Source: an uncultured Spirochaetia bacterium (GTDB taxonomy: Bacteria; Oederibacteriota; PGYV01; Palsa-1178). From it: 64,000 bases of DNA. The translations under genes and the position numbers were made by a program. Within the stretch, counting starts at the first letter, position 1, and each line of letters starts with the position of its first letter. Under the pieces are notes generated by a model. It worked only from the letters and a program-made list of their open reading frames with translations, did not search any database and was not told the origin of the DNA. The stretch spans positions 4,910-68,909 of the forward strand of contig CAZMGF010000008.1 in NCBI GenBank assembly GCA_964565765.1, in the 5' to 3' direction. This document shows positions 37,401 to 45,233 of this stretch, one piece after another.

Positions 37401-37537
37401 CAAAGACAATGCCGATTGCAGTAATAGGAGGGCTTCTTACATCCACATTCCTTACCCTGATTGTGATACCGGTTGTTTATGAGTGGGTTGAAAGAAGAAA
37501 AGTTAAAAAAGGCAAGGCTCTGAAATACAAAAAATAG
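34424..37537 (+). CDS. RND efflux transporter permease (second pump), 1037 aa
   Basis: Paralogous to 29772..32912 (SLSIGLLIDDSIVVRENIFRY, ISVPLAIIGAFLALLVTG). Confidence 0.9.
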   Translation: MNIAEMAIKRPIFVIMIVASIITLGLIGYTSMGVDMLPDIEYPTISVTTVYAGASAEEIENLVTKPLEDALAVVEGLDTLSSTSDESVSVITAKFNLGADVKYAETRVRDAVNKAKWKLPDDAKEPSVERFSAAEWIPVIAMTVKGNRDLAGLKEIVDDSIKPEIEKIKGVGRVDLWGGRDRAVKITINKSALFARMISFNQVIEAIDRENLNIPAGSIENTKRSIDVRVKGRFDSIPEIENVSMKAANGAIVRIKDIANVTFGLKDEERRTRVDGENGLIFGVYKQSGENSVEIARIVKSKMKDINAKLPPGIRFDVFRDPTHYVEQSIEGLQGDILIGALCAIIIVWLFLGSFRSTIITAIALPNSLLGAFFFINAAGFTINMMVLLALSLSIGLLIDDSIVVRENIFRYIEGGMDPKKAAVKGTNEVALAVIATTASIMAVFIPISFLHGVVGQFFKQFGFTIAFALTISLIDAFTTAPMLSAYWWKKEDSGKNTKGASSVFHAIHEKWEEIYEGIKEVYTQLLNWALDHKKSVIFGTLGLLAVSGLAVMFIGVAFMPDSDYSEIEYTIECRPDATIDVVDAKLKMVEAYLKTVPDIEEYYVVAGGEGSRGTASKNVGSIFARIKKGGRKSTPAGLEEYKKISAIIGKDALLILQDSGSGQVLSGGGDTFAITINITGDDIKVIDSIADSIKKEAEKTPGVADLDTSFRPGKPEISVKVDRLKASKLGLSTYEIGEILNMLINGKEIAQYRKGEKEYPIIMQLPENERQEINSLNDIMLTNSAGLKIPLSAVARFEFGSGPVEIKRENKKRIVKVTGNVREKYSLGDVVNALKKNIKQNVKIPYGYDYSFGGQASQLNDTITEMGTAMLLALLFMYMILASLYNSLVQPLILMISVPLAIIGAFLALLVTGQQLDLMAMIGILMVLGLVAKNGILLIDFTNQKIAQGMSAREALTHAGPIRLRPILMTTFAMIFGMLPLAFGFGESVIMAKTMPIAVIGGLLTSTFLTLIVIPVVYEWVERRKVKKGKALKYKK

Positions 37538-37569
37538 TTTTACGTATATTATTATAAAGGGGTTTTTAA

Positions 37570-38133
37570 TTGGGAAAAAAATATTTTTTAACGGGTCTTT
37601 TTTTTCTGCCCGCGCTTGTTCTGTTTTCCGGCTGCGCCGCGCTTATGCCCGAGTCCGGAGCGGCAAAAGTGGATTACATTAATGACGATAATTCAGGCGT
37701 GCAGATATGGACGCTTATAAACAACGAACTCTCCAATGATGAATACAACGTTTCCACAAGTGATTTTAGGCTTGGAGTCGAAAAATACGCAAGGGCAAAA
37801 GAAGACGCGCGTTATTTTCTAAAACTTGAGTATAAGGGAAAGGAGTGGCTGCTCATATCCGGAAAGGAAAGCCTTGTCCTTTATATTGACGCGGACCGAT
37901 TTGTGTACAAAGACTGTTCCGAAGAGAGGCAGTCCGGCGAATATGATGTCCATGAAACACTGCTTTATGAAATTGACGACAAAATTATACTTAAACTTGC
38001 GGGCGCCGGCAGGATAAAGGCGGTAATAACGGGTGAAAAAGGGTCGGTTACGGTTTATTTCAGCAGAAGAAATATTATGAACATAAAAGAATTTTACGAT
38101 GAGATAGTCATGGCGGTTAAAGAACCGTTTTAG
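37570..38133 (+). CDS. hypothetical lipoprotein
   Basis: Lipobox LVLFSGC after a signal peptide. No other recognised motifs. Confidence 0.55.
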   Translation: MGKKYFLTGLFFLPALVLFSGCAALMPESGAAKVDYINDDNSGVQIWTLINNELSNDEYNVSTSDFRLGVEKYARAKEDARYFLKLEYKGKEWLLISGKESLVLYIDADRFVYKDCSEERQSGEYDVHETLLYEIDDKIILKLAGAGRIKAVITGEKGSVTVYFSRRNIMNIKEFYDEIVMAVKEPF

Positions 38134-38140
38134 TCGTAAA

Positions 38141-38734
38141 TTAGGTGGAATTTTTTCTTTTTTGCTTTAGCCTGTCCAGTAAAGAATACGAACACCCGCA
38201 ATAATCCTGTCTGTATAAATCATGTTCTTTGGAGAGTATGATTGATTTTTTGAAGCCGTCCTGCTTTTTGAAGTTTGATTCCAGGTATTTAACCCCGTGT
38301 TTTTCCGCGGCTTCCTTCCCGAGGCGGTTTATCAGGGCAGTATCCTTGTGCGGTGAAATTGTCAGGGTAGTGGCAAAAATTTCAATTCCGAGTTCCCCGG
38401 CTTTTTGCGCCGATTTGTCCATTCTCATTTTAAAACAAACTTCACACCGCTTGCCACGCTCAGGCTCATTGGCATAAGGTTTGCATATTTTAAACCATTC
38501 TTCTATGTCATAGGGTACGTTTGAAATATTTTCTGTTGAAGTTTCACGGGCAAGCTTTTCCATATCTTTGACCCTTTTATAATACTCATCACGCGGGTGT
38601 ATGTTGGGGTTGTAAAAAAATGTGACAGGTTCATAGCCGGCGTCACGCAGGGCATTTATAGTATGTGTGGCATCCGGCGCGCAGCAGACGTTTAAAAGTA
38701 TTTTCAAAAAAGGCTCCTTGTTTCGGGCCGCCAC
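38141..38734 (-). CDS. queH: epoxyqueuosine reductase QueH (DUF208 family)
   Basis: N-terminal ...ILLNVCCAPDATH...FFYNPNIHPRDEYYKR and the C-terminal Cys pair ...DYCGCSYSL match the QueH Cys-cluster signature. Confidence 0.7.
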   Translation of the reverse strand: MAARNKEPFLKILLNVCCAPDATHTINALRDAGYEPVTFFYNPNIHPRDEYYKRVKDMEKLARETSTENISNVPYDIEEWFKICKPYANEPERGKRCEVCFKMRMDKSAQKAGELGIEIFATTLTISPHKDTALINRLGKEAAEKHGVKYLESNFKKQDGFKKSIILSKEHDLYRQDYCGCSYSLLDRLKQKRKNST

Positions 38735-39019
38735 AGGGGGCGGCCCCTACGGTAAATTGTGGAACAAAAACATTTTACGGACTGGCGCAAAAAATGTAAA
38801 CCACTTTTTATTAATTATAACTTGCTTTTCAATATTCATCTGCTATATATATTAATAGAACCTCTGAAATTTAGAGGCTAAGGGAAAGCCGGCAAGTACC
38901 AGAAATGGTAAAAACTGTCGAATGCTTTCCCTCAAAATGTAGCAAGTGTGTAATATAAGGCAGGCGAAGAAAGCCTGCCTTTCGCATTTATAGGCATGTA
39001 AAATAAATAAAACAATAAC

Positions 39020-39049
39020 TTGACAAACCCTATAGACTTTGTTATATTT
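39020..39049 (+). promoter_or_regulatory. sigma-70-type promoter (TTGACA-N17/18-TATATT) upstream of the Rrf2 regulator
   Basis: ttgaca at 39020-39025 and tatatt near 39044-39049. A TTGTT-N4-AACAA inverted repeat follows at 39053-39066. Confidence 0.5.
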
Positions 39050-39098
39050 ATATTGTTGATAAACAAGATGGACAATATATAGTAAACGGAGGCTTTAA

Positions 39099-39569
39099 AT
39101 GAAAATAACATATAAAGGAGATTACGCAATAAAATCTCTTGTATATCTGGCGGCAAGATATATCAGGGAGCACGGGGCTGAATCTTACAGCCAGATACAG
39201 GAAATTTCAAAGGATCAGGATATACCTGAAAAATTTCTTGAGCAGATATTATTGAGCCTGAGGAACGCGGGATTTGTAAGGAGTCTCCGCGGGAAAAACG
39301 GCGGTTACACAATAGCAAGGGATCCTGAAGAAATAAAACTCGGGGACATTATAAGGCTTATGGACGGTCCGCTTGCGCCGATTGCGTGCGTGAGCAGGTC
39401 GGCATATCAGAAATGCGACTTTGAACCGCGCTGTGTATTAAAGCCCATCTGGGCCAGGGTCAATGACGCCATAAGCGGAATTGTGGACAATATAAATTTC
39501 AGGCAGCTGGTGGAGATGGAGAGCCAGATGAAGAAAAAGTCTATTGAGGAATTTGTTTATCAAATTTGA
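39099..39569 (+). CDS. Rrf2-family transcriptional regulator (IscR/CymR-like)
   Basis: MKITYKGDYAIKSLVYLAA...SYSQIQEISKDQDIPEKFLEQILLSLRNAGFVRSLRGKNGGYTIARDPEEIKLGDIIRLMDGP matches the Rrf2 HTH. Confidence 0.85.
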   Translation: MKITYKGDYAIKSLVYLAARYIREHGAESYSQIQEISKDQDIPEKFLEQILLSLRNAGFVRSLRGKNGGYTIARDPEEIKLGDIIRLMDGPLAPIACVSRSAYQKCDFEPRCVLKPIWARVNDAISGIVDNINFRQLVEMESQMKKKSIEEFVYQI

Positions 39570-39747
39570 TCCGCCTCCGTGCGTTTAAGCTTCGGCGGAT
39601 GAAAGAAAAGGAGAATTAAAATGGGAAAATTGAAAAGAATGCATGAATGCCTGATATGGGTGAAGGATGATTTTATGCGCAGGCGAATGTGATATACGCC
39701 GGGGATGATTTAATAAAAAATTAAAAATAAAAAAAGGAGAAACAAAA

Positions 39748-41022
39748 ATGGTAAATTATAAATTTGAAACTTTACAGCTTCATGCGGGACATGTGCCTGA
39801 CAGGGAGACACACTCAAGAGCGGTGCCAATTTATCAGACTTCGTCATACACATTTGAGGACACAAACGACGCAGCCGACCTTTTTGCCCTGAAAAAATTC
39901 GGCAATATTTATACCAGGCTTATGAATCCCACAACCGATGTACTTGAGAAAAGGGTAGCTGCTCTTGAAGGAGGAGCGGCGGCACTTGCTTTTGCCTCAG
40001 GCATGGGGGCCATTACCGCGGCAATACTCGGGCTTGCATCAAAAGGTGATGAAATAGTCGCGGCGTCAAATCTTTACGGAGGCACGGTTACACTTTTTGC
40101 GCATACTCTGCCGAAACTCGGCATAAATGTTGTATTTGTGGATGCTAAAAATCCGGAAAATTTCCGGAAAGCAATCACGGCAAAAACAAAGGCTCTTTAT
40201 GCGGAAACTTTGGGCAACCCTGAACTTAACATTCTGGATATTGAAGCTGTAGGTAAAATAGCCAGGGAAGCAAATATTCCGCTGATAGTGGATTCAACAA
40301 TGACGCCTCCGTCAATTTTAAGGCCTCTTGAACACGGCGCGGACATTGTTATCCATTCGCTTACTAAATATATGGGGGGCCACGGCACATCCCTGGGCGG
40401 GATTGTTGTTGATTCCGGGAAATTTGACTGGTCAAATGGAAATTTTCAGGATCTTGTAAATCCGGATCCGTCATATCACGGAACTAAATTTTATGAGACA
40501 TTTAAAGGGCTAGCGTATATAATAAAGCTAAGGGTTTCAACGCTTCGTGATACCGGATCGGCATTGAGCCCTTTTAACGCTTTCCTGATTCTTCTTGGAA
40601 TCGAGACGCTTTCTCTTCGCATGGAAAGGCATTGCGAAAACGCTCTTAGGACAGCAAAATGGCTGGGCTCGAACCCAAAAATCAGCTGGGTGAATTATCC
40701 GGGGCTTGAATCATCACCCTCTTACGGGCTTGTGAAAAAATATCTTCCCGGCGGCGCCTCAGGCATGATAGCCTTTGGAATAAAAGGCGGGGTTGAAGCC
40801 GGAGTAAAATTTATCAATAGCGTCAAATTGCTCTCGCACCTGGCAAATATAGGCGACGCAAAGACACTTGTGATACATCCATGGACAACCACACATCAGC
40901 AGCTTTCAGACGCTGAGAAAAAAGCGGCCGGTATTACCGAGGATTTCATAAGGCTTTCCGTTGGCATTGAAAATGTTGATGATATTATTGCGGATATCAG
41001 CCAGGCACTTGATAAAATATAA
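39748..41022 (+). CDS. metY: O-acetylhomoserine aminocarboxypropyltransferase (sulfhydrylase), PLP-dependent
   Basis: [13 protein letters not shown]...[43 protein letters not shown] is the canonical MetY N-terminus. The PLP lysine region ...[11 protein letters not shown] is present. Confidence 0.9.
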   Translation: MVNYKFETLQLHAGHVPDRETHSRAVPIYQTSSYTFEDTNDAADLFALKKFGNIYTRLMNPTTDVLEKRVAALEGGAAALAFASGMGAITAAILGLASKGDEIVAASNLYGGTVTLFAHTLPKLGINVVFVDAKNPENFRKAITAKTKALYAETLGNPELNILDIEAVGKIAREANIPLIVDSTMTPPSILRPLEHGADIVIHSLTKYMGGHGTSLGGIVVDSGKFDWSNGNFQDLVNPDPSYHGTKFYETFKGLAYIIKLRVSTLRDTGSALSPFNAFLILLGIETLSLRMERHCENALRTAKWLGSNPKISWVNYPGLESSPSYGLVKKYLPGGASGMIAFGIKGGVEAGVKFINSVKLLSHLANIGDAKTLVIHPWTTTHQQLSDAEKKAAGITEDFIRLSVGIENVDDIIADISQALDKI

Positions 41023-41034
41023 GGAGGTTATACA

Positions 41035-41973
41035 ATGGGAAGAATATTTGAGGACATCACAAAGACCGTGGGAAACACGCCGCTTGTCAGGTTAAATAAG
41101 CTCGCAAAGGACACAGCAGCCAAGCAAGTGCTTGTAAAACTTGAATCATTTAACCCGCTCTCAAGCGTCAAGGACAGGATAGGCGTCGCGATGATAGAGG
41201 ACGCCGAAAAAAATGGAAGGATTAAACCCGGCGATACATTGATAGAGCCCACCAGCGGCAACACCGGGGTGGGGCTGGCTTTTACCGCGGCCGCAAAGGG
41301 CTACAAACTTATCCTGACCATGCCCGAGACAATGTCAATTGAGCGCAGGCAGCTCCTGGCCATACTGGGTGCGCAGCTTGTGCTCACACCGGGCTCTGAA
41401 GGCATGAAAGGGGCGGTGGCAAAGGCCGAGAGTCTTAGCAAGGAAACGCCAGGCTCTATTATTGTCGGCCAGTTTGACAATCCGGCAAATCCGGAAATCC
41501 ACAGGAAAACCACGGCTGAAGAAATATGGAAAGACACGGATGGCGGTGTTGATATTTTTGTAGCAGGTATAGGCACTGGAGGTACTATCACCGGCGTCGG
41601 CGAGGTTTTGAAGAAAAAAAATAAGGATATAAAAATAGTGGCCGTAGAGCCGGATGCATCCCCTCTGCTCTCAACGGGCCAGGCCGGGCCCCATAAGATA
41701 CAGGGAATCGGCGCCAATTTTGTTCCGTCAGTACTTAACAGGAGTGTTATTGACGAGATAATCAGGGTAAAAGATACAGACGCAGGCGAAGTATCAAGGG
41801 CGCTTGCAAGGCAGGAAGGAATACTGGTTGGCATTTCAAGCGGCGCGGCAGCATGGGCGGCAATTGAGCTGGCAAAGAGGCCGGAGAATAAGGGGAAGAC
41901 AATAGTGGCGCTTCTGCCGGATACAGGAGAGAGATATCTTTCAACGTGGCTGTTTAAGGATATTATTGTATAA
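41035..41973 (+). CDS. cysK: cysteine synthase A (O-acetylserine sulfhydrylase)
   Basis: [20 protein letters not shown]...[25 protein letters not shown]...[10 protein letters not shown]. Confidence 0.9.
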   Translation: MGRIFEDITKTVGNTPLVRLNKLAKDTAAKQVLVKLESFNPLSSVKDRIGVAMIEDAEKNGRIKPGDTLIEPTSGNTGVGLAFTAAAKGYKLILTMPETMSIERRQLLAILGAQLVLTPGSEGMKGAVAKAESLSKETPGSIIVGQFDNPANPEIHRKTTAEEIWKDTDGGVDIFVAGIGTGGTITGVGEVLKKKNKDIKIVAVEPDASPLLSTGQAGPHKIQGIGANFVPSVLNRSVIDEIIRVKDTDAGEVSRALARQEGILVGISSGAAAWAAIELAKRPENKGKTIVALLPDTGERYLSTWLFKDIIV

Positions 41974-42072
41974 ATTTAAAAATTAAAAAAATTATTATAA
42001 TTTGCAATATATTGTGCTATAATTTTTTTCATAAGCACGGTATAAACAGGTTAAAGGAGCAAAACAAAGTAA

Positions 42073-43266
42073 ATGGATAAACCCCCAAACGATTCAGTGG
42101 GTATTGTAAAAACCCAGACCTTTACTTTCGCGGAACCGTCCAATGAAATGGTTTTGGAAAAAGGCGGAAAGCTCGGACCCATAACATTAGCCTATGAAAC
42201 CTACGGAACCCTTAACAAAGAAAAATCCAACGCCATACTTGTATGCCATGCCCTATCCGGCAGCGCGCACGCGGCAGGGTATTATACGGAAGACGATATA
42301 AAGGATGTGAAAAAAAACACCGGCTGGTGGGACCTTATGATAGGCCCGGGCAAGCCGATGGATACAAACAAATATTTTATAATCTGTTCCAATATAATAG
42401 GAAGCTGTTACGGATCCACGGGCCCTTCATCAACGAACCCGGCCACCGGCAAAGAATACGGCATGTCTTTTCCCGAAGTCACCATTCCCGATATGGTAAA
42501 GGCCCAGAAGGTGCTGATGGACAGCCTGGGAATAGAAAAACTTGTAAGCGTAATTGGCGGTTCCATGGGCGGAATGCAGGCCCTTGAATGGGCGCTGCAA
42601 TTTCCGGACGTCCCGAAGTCAATAATAGTAATAGCGGCCTCTGCCGCGCTCTCTGCGCAGGAAATTGCCCTTGACGCGGTTGGCAGGAACGCGATTAAAA
42701 TTGACCCTGACTGGGACAATGGCAACTATTACGGCAGGGGCAAGAAACTGCAGGGGCTGGCCGTCGCAAGGATGGTGGGCCACATATCATACCTTTCCGA
42801 AGAGGGGATGGAAAAGAAATTCGGCCGCAGGGTTGAGGATCCGGCCATGGCCGCCGCGATGTCGGAGTTTGAGAAGAAATTCGAAAACGGTTTTGCCGTC
42901 GAAGGTTATCTTGCACACCAGGGGAAAAAATTCGTCGAAAGATTTGACGCCAACGCCTACCTTTATGTGACAAAAGCAATGGACTATTTCGATGTGGACA
43001 ATAAATACGGCGGCGGCTCGCTGAACAAGGCCATGAAGAGGATAAAGGCTGAAGTGCTCATGGTTTCTTTTACGTCGGACTGGCTCTTTTCGCCGGCTCA
43101 GGCCAAGGAAATTGTGCAGGCTTTGACACTAAACAACAAGGATGTTTCATACATAGAGATAAAATCAATACACGGCCACGACGCGTTCCTGCTTGAAAAA
43201 AAGACCATAGCCGAAAATAAAATTCTCGGCCAGGCCTTTAAAAACTTTTTGATACACATTAAATAG
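42073..43266 (+). CDS. metX: homoserine O-acetyltransferase
   Basis: LAYETYGTLNKEKSNAILVCHALSGSAHAAG...GWWD.MIGPGKPMDTNKYFIICSNIIGSCYGSTGP and the nucleophile motif GGSMGGMQALEWA. Confidence 0.9.
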   Translation: MDKPPNDSVGIVKTQTFTFAEPSNEMVLEKGGKLGPITLAYETYGTLNKEKSNAILVCHALSGSAHAAGYYTEDDIKDVKKNTGWWDLMIGPGKPMDTNKYFIICSNIIGSCYGSTGPSSTNPATGKEYGMSFPEVTIPDMVKAQKVLMDSLGIEKLVSVIGGSMGGMQALEWALQFPDVPKSIIVIAASAALSAQEIALDAVGRNAIKIDPDWDNGNYYGRGKKLQGLAVARMVGHISYLSEEGMEKKFGRRVEDPAMAAAMSEFEKKFENGFAVEGYLAHQGKKFVERFDANAYLYVTKAMDYFDVDNKYGGGSLNKAMKRIKAEVLMVSFTSDWLFSPAQAKEIVQALTLNNKDVSYIEIKSIHGHDAFLLEKKTIAENKILGQAFKNFLIHIK

Positions 43267-43281
43267 GGACCGGAGAAGAGA

Positions 43282-43944
43282 ATGTACAAGGAAATTTACC
43301 TGAAGCACACATATGAAGAGATTGTAAGGATGATAGAGGATAATTCCCGCGTGCTTGACCTTGGCTGCGGCGACGGCGAGCTGCTTGAGCTTCTTTACAA
43401 CAGAAAAAACGTATACGGCCTCGGGGTCGATATAAACACGGAAGAAGTTTTGAAATGCATAAAACGCGGGGTTTCTGTCATCCAGGAGGACATTGAAGAA
43501 GGCATTTATAAATACAAGGATCAGGCATTTGACTATGTAATTCTTTCAGAAACTCTTCAGGCCGTTAAAAGGCCAGACCACGTTATGAACCAGATACTCA
43601 GGGTCGGCAAAAAGGTAATTGTTTCGTTCCCGAATTTCGCATATTATAAAATGAGGCTGCATATATTATTTAAGGGAATTATGCCCAAATCAGAGATACT
43701 TCCATTTGAATGGTATAATACACCAAATATACACCTTCTCTCAATCAGGGATTTTAAAAATTTCTGCAGGGCCAACTCCATAAAACTTCTTGAGGAAATT
43801 TATCTTGTCGGAACGCAAAAAAAAGTGAAAAATTATTTTGGCATGGAAAACATGCTTGCTGAAGAGGCCATATTTTTGATACAGCGCACACCGCAGGAAA
43901 AGATAACATTAAAGGAAGTCATTGTAAACGGCGTAAAAAAGTAA
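43282..43944 (+). CDS. metW: methionine biosynthesis protein MetW
   Basis: VLDLGCGDGELLELL...GLGVDI...C..RGVSVIQEDIEEG. Immediately follows metX, as in metXW operons. Confidence 0.85.
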   Translation: MYKEIYLKHTYEEIVRMIEDNSRVLDLGCGDGELLELLYNRKNVYGLGVDINTEEVLKCIKRGVSVIQEDIEEGIYKYKDQAFDYVILSETLQAVKRPDHVMNQILRVGKKVIVSFPNFAYYKMRLHILFKGIMPKSEILPFEWYNTPNIHLLSIRDFKNFCRANSIKLLEEIYLVGTQKKVKNYFGMENMLAEEAIFLIQRTPQEKITLKEVIVNGVKK

Positions 43945-44074
43945 CAAAATATTCCACAAAACGCCAAATATCGGGGAAATATCTTAAAAATACCAAAAAT
44001 CTTGTTATTCCTTTGAAAATAGGGGTTTTTTCGTAAAAAAACTGTTAAAAGCCTTAAAAAATGGCATTTTTTTA

Positions 44075-44103
44075 TTGACCGGTTATTGATTGTATGTTAT
44101 AAG
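44075..44103 (+). promoter_or_regulatory. sigma-70-type promoter (TTGACC-N17-TATAAG)
   Basis: Hexamers at 44075-44080 and 44098-44103. The leader carries a terminator-like hairpin at 44131-44158. Confidence 0.4.
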
Positions 44104-44173
44104 ATTGCAAAACACAATATATGGTATAAAACGCGGGGAGAAACGCGTAATTTTTTCTAAGGAGGAGGGTGGA

Positions 44174-44722
44174 ATGAAAAAAGTATTGATTTTGGCAGTG
44201 ATTGTTTTTGCTCTTGCTTTTTCGGCAATAGCGGCAACGGACGCAGTCGGGCAGAAACCGGAATGTGACAATGTGGTGAGCGCCAATGTCTGGCCCTATC
44301 TTGGGGCATTTTTCAATCTCGGTTATGAAAGGGATCTTGTGGCGAATCTGTCGGTAAGGGTAAGGGGCGAGTACTGGGGATTGAGCCAGGGCGGATTTAA
44401 TCTGGGCGGATATGGAATTGACCTGTTTTACCATCCGATGGGAAAAGGGCTTGACGGCTGGTATTTCGGGCCGAGGTTTGACCAGTGGATTGTTTCGTAT
44501 TCCGGCAATGGTACGACAGGCTCGGGTTCTTTGTACTGGGTAGGCGCGCAGGCGGGATACAGGTGGATATTTGACGGAGGATTTGAAATGGCGGTTTCAC
44601 TCGGAGCGCAGAAAAACATAGCGGCATCAATAACATACAATAATTCTACAACAAATGAGACGCCGCCGTTCAACGCGATGACGCTGCCGGTATTTGACTA
44701 CGACCTTGGATACGCGTTCTAA
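44174..44722 (+). CDS. small outer-membrane beta-barrel protein
   Basis: Strong SD ggaggagggtgg. Signal peptide MKKVLILAVIVFALAFSAIAA. Amphipathic beta-strands, with C-terminal ...DYDLGYAF ending in Phe. Confidence 0.55.
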   Translation: MKKVLILAVIVFALAFSAIAATDAVGQKPECDNVVSANVWPYLGAFFNLGYERDLVANLSVRVRGEYWGLSQGGFNLGGYGIDLFYHPMGKGLDGWYFGPRFDQWIVSYSGNGTTGSGSLYWVGAQAGYRWIFDGGFEMAVSLGAQKNIAASITYNNSTTNETPPFNAMTLPVFDYDLGYAF

Positions 44723-44760
44723 CAGGGAATTTTAATATATTAAAAAACAGGAGGAAGTAA

Positions 44761-45033
44761 ATGACGAAATCGGAAATGATCCAGGCAATCTCGGACAAGG
44801 CAGGAGTTGCAAAGAAAGATGTTAAGAAAACGGTTGAGGCTTTCACGGAAGTTATCATCTCTACGCTCAAGAAAGAGAAAAAAGTAAAGCTCCCGGGGCT
44901 CGGAATCCTTGCGGTAAAGCACCGCAAAGCAAGGATGGGAAGGAACCCGCTTACAGGAGAGGCCATCTCAATCCCGGCAAAAAAAGTTGTAAAAATGAGG
45001 ATAGCAAAGGATCTGAAGGCGTCGGTCCTTTAA
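44761..45033 (+). CDS. hup: HU-family nucleoid-associated DNA-binding protein
   Basis: MTKSEMIQAISDKAGVAKKDVKKTVEAFTEVI...GLGILAVKHRKARMGRNPLTGEAISIPAKKVVKMRIAKDLK (90 aa). Confidence 0.9.
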   Translation: MTKSEMIQAISDKAGVAKKDVKKTVEAFTEVIISTLKKEKKVKLPGLGILAVKHRKARMGRNPLTGEAISIPAKKVVKMRIAKDLKASVL

Positions 45034-45049
45034 TAAATAATACAGGCAA

Positions 45050-45085
45050 AAAATGCCCGGCTGAAAAGCCGGGCATTTTTTTTGT
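45050..45085 (+). terminator. rho-independent terminator
   Basis: atgcccggc-tgaaaa-gccgggcat stem-loop followed by ttttttttg. Confidence 0.8.
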
Positions 45086-45233
45086 AAGACAAAAACTCAC
45101 AGAAACTTGATAGTAGAGAGGAGATTTCCTAGAAATAGGTGGATTTTTCATGTTTTTTGCATTAAAATTAAGGCATATGGCGCATTCAAACATTCATAAG
45201 GGAAATCTGAGAGCGTTTTACGCAGGGACAGCC

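Noticed and set aside
39570-39747. Possible SAM riboswitch in the metY leader
   Set aside because: No recognisable SAM-I core (no kink-turn or P1-P4 consensus such as ...GAGGGA...GCAACC...). Only a short hairpin atccgcc-N18-ggcggat after the Rrf2 gene. Needs a covariance-model scan to exclude.
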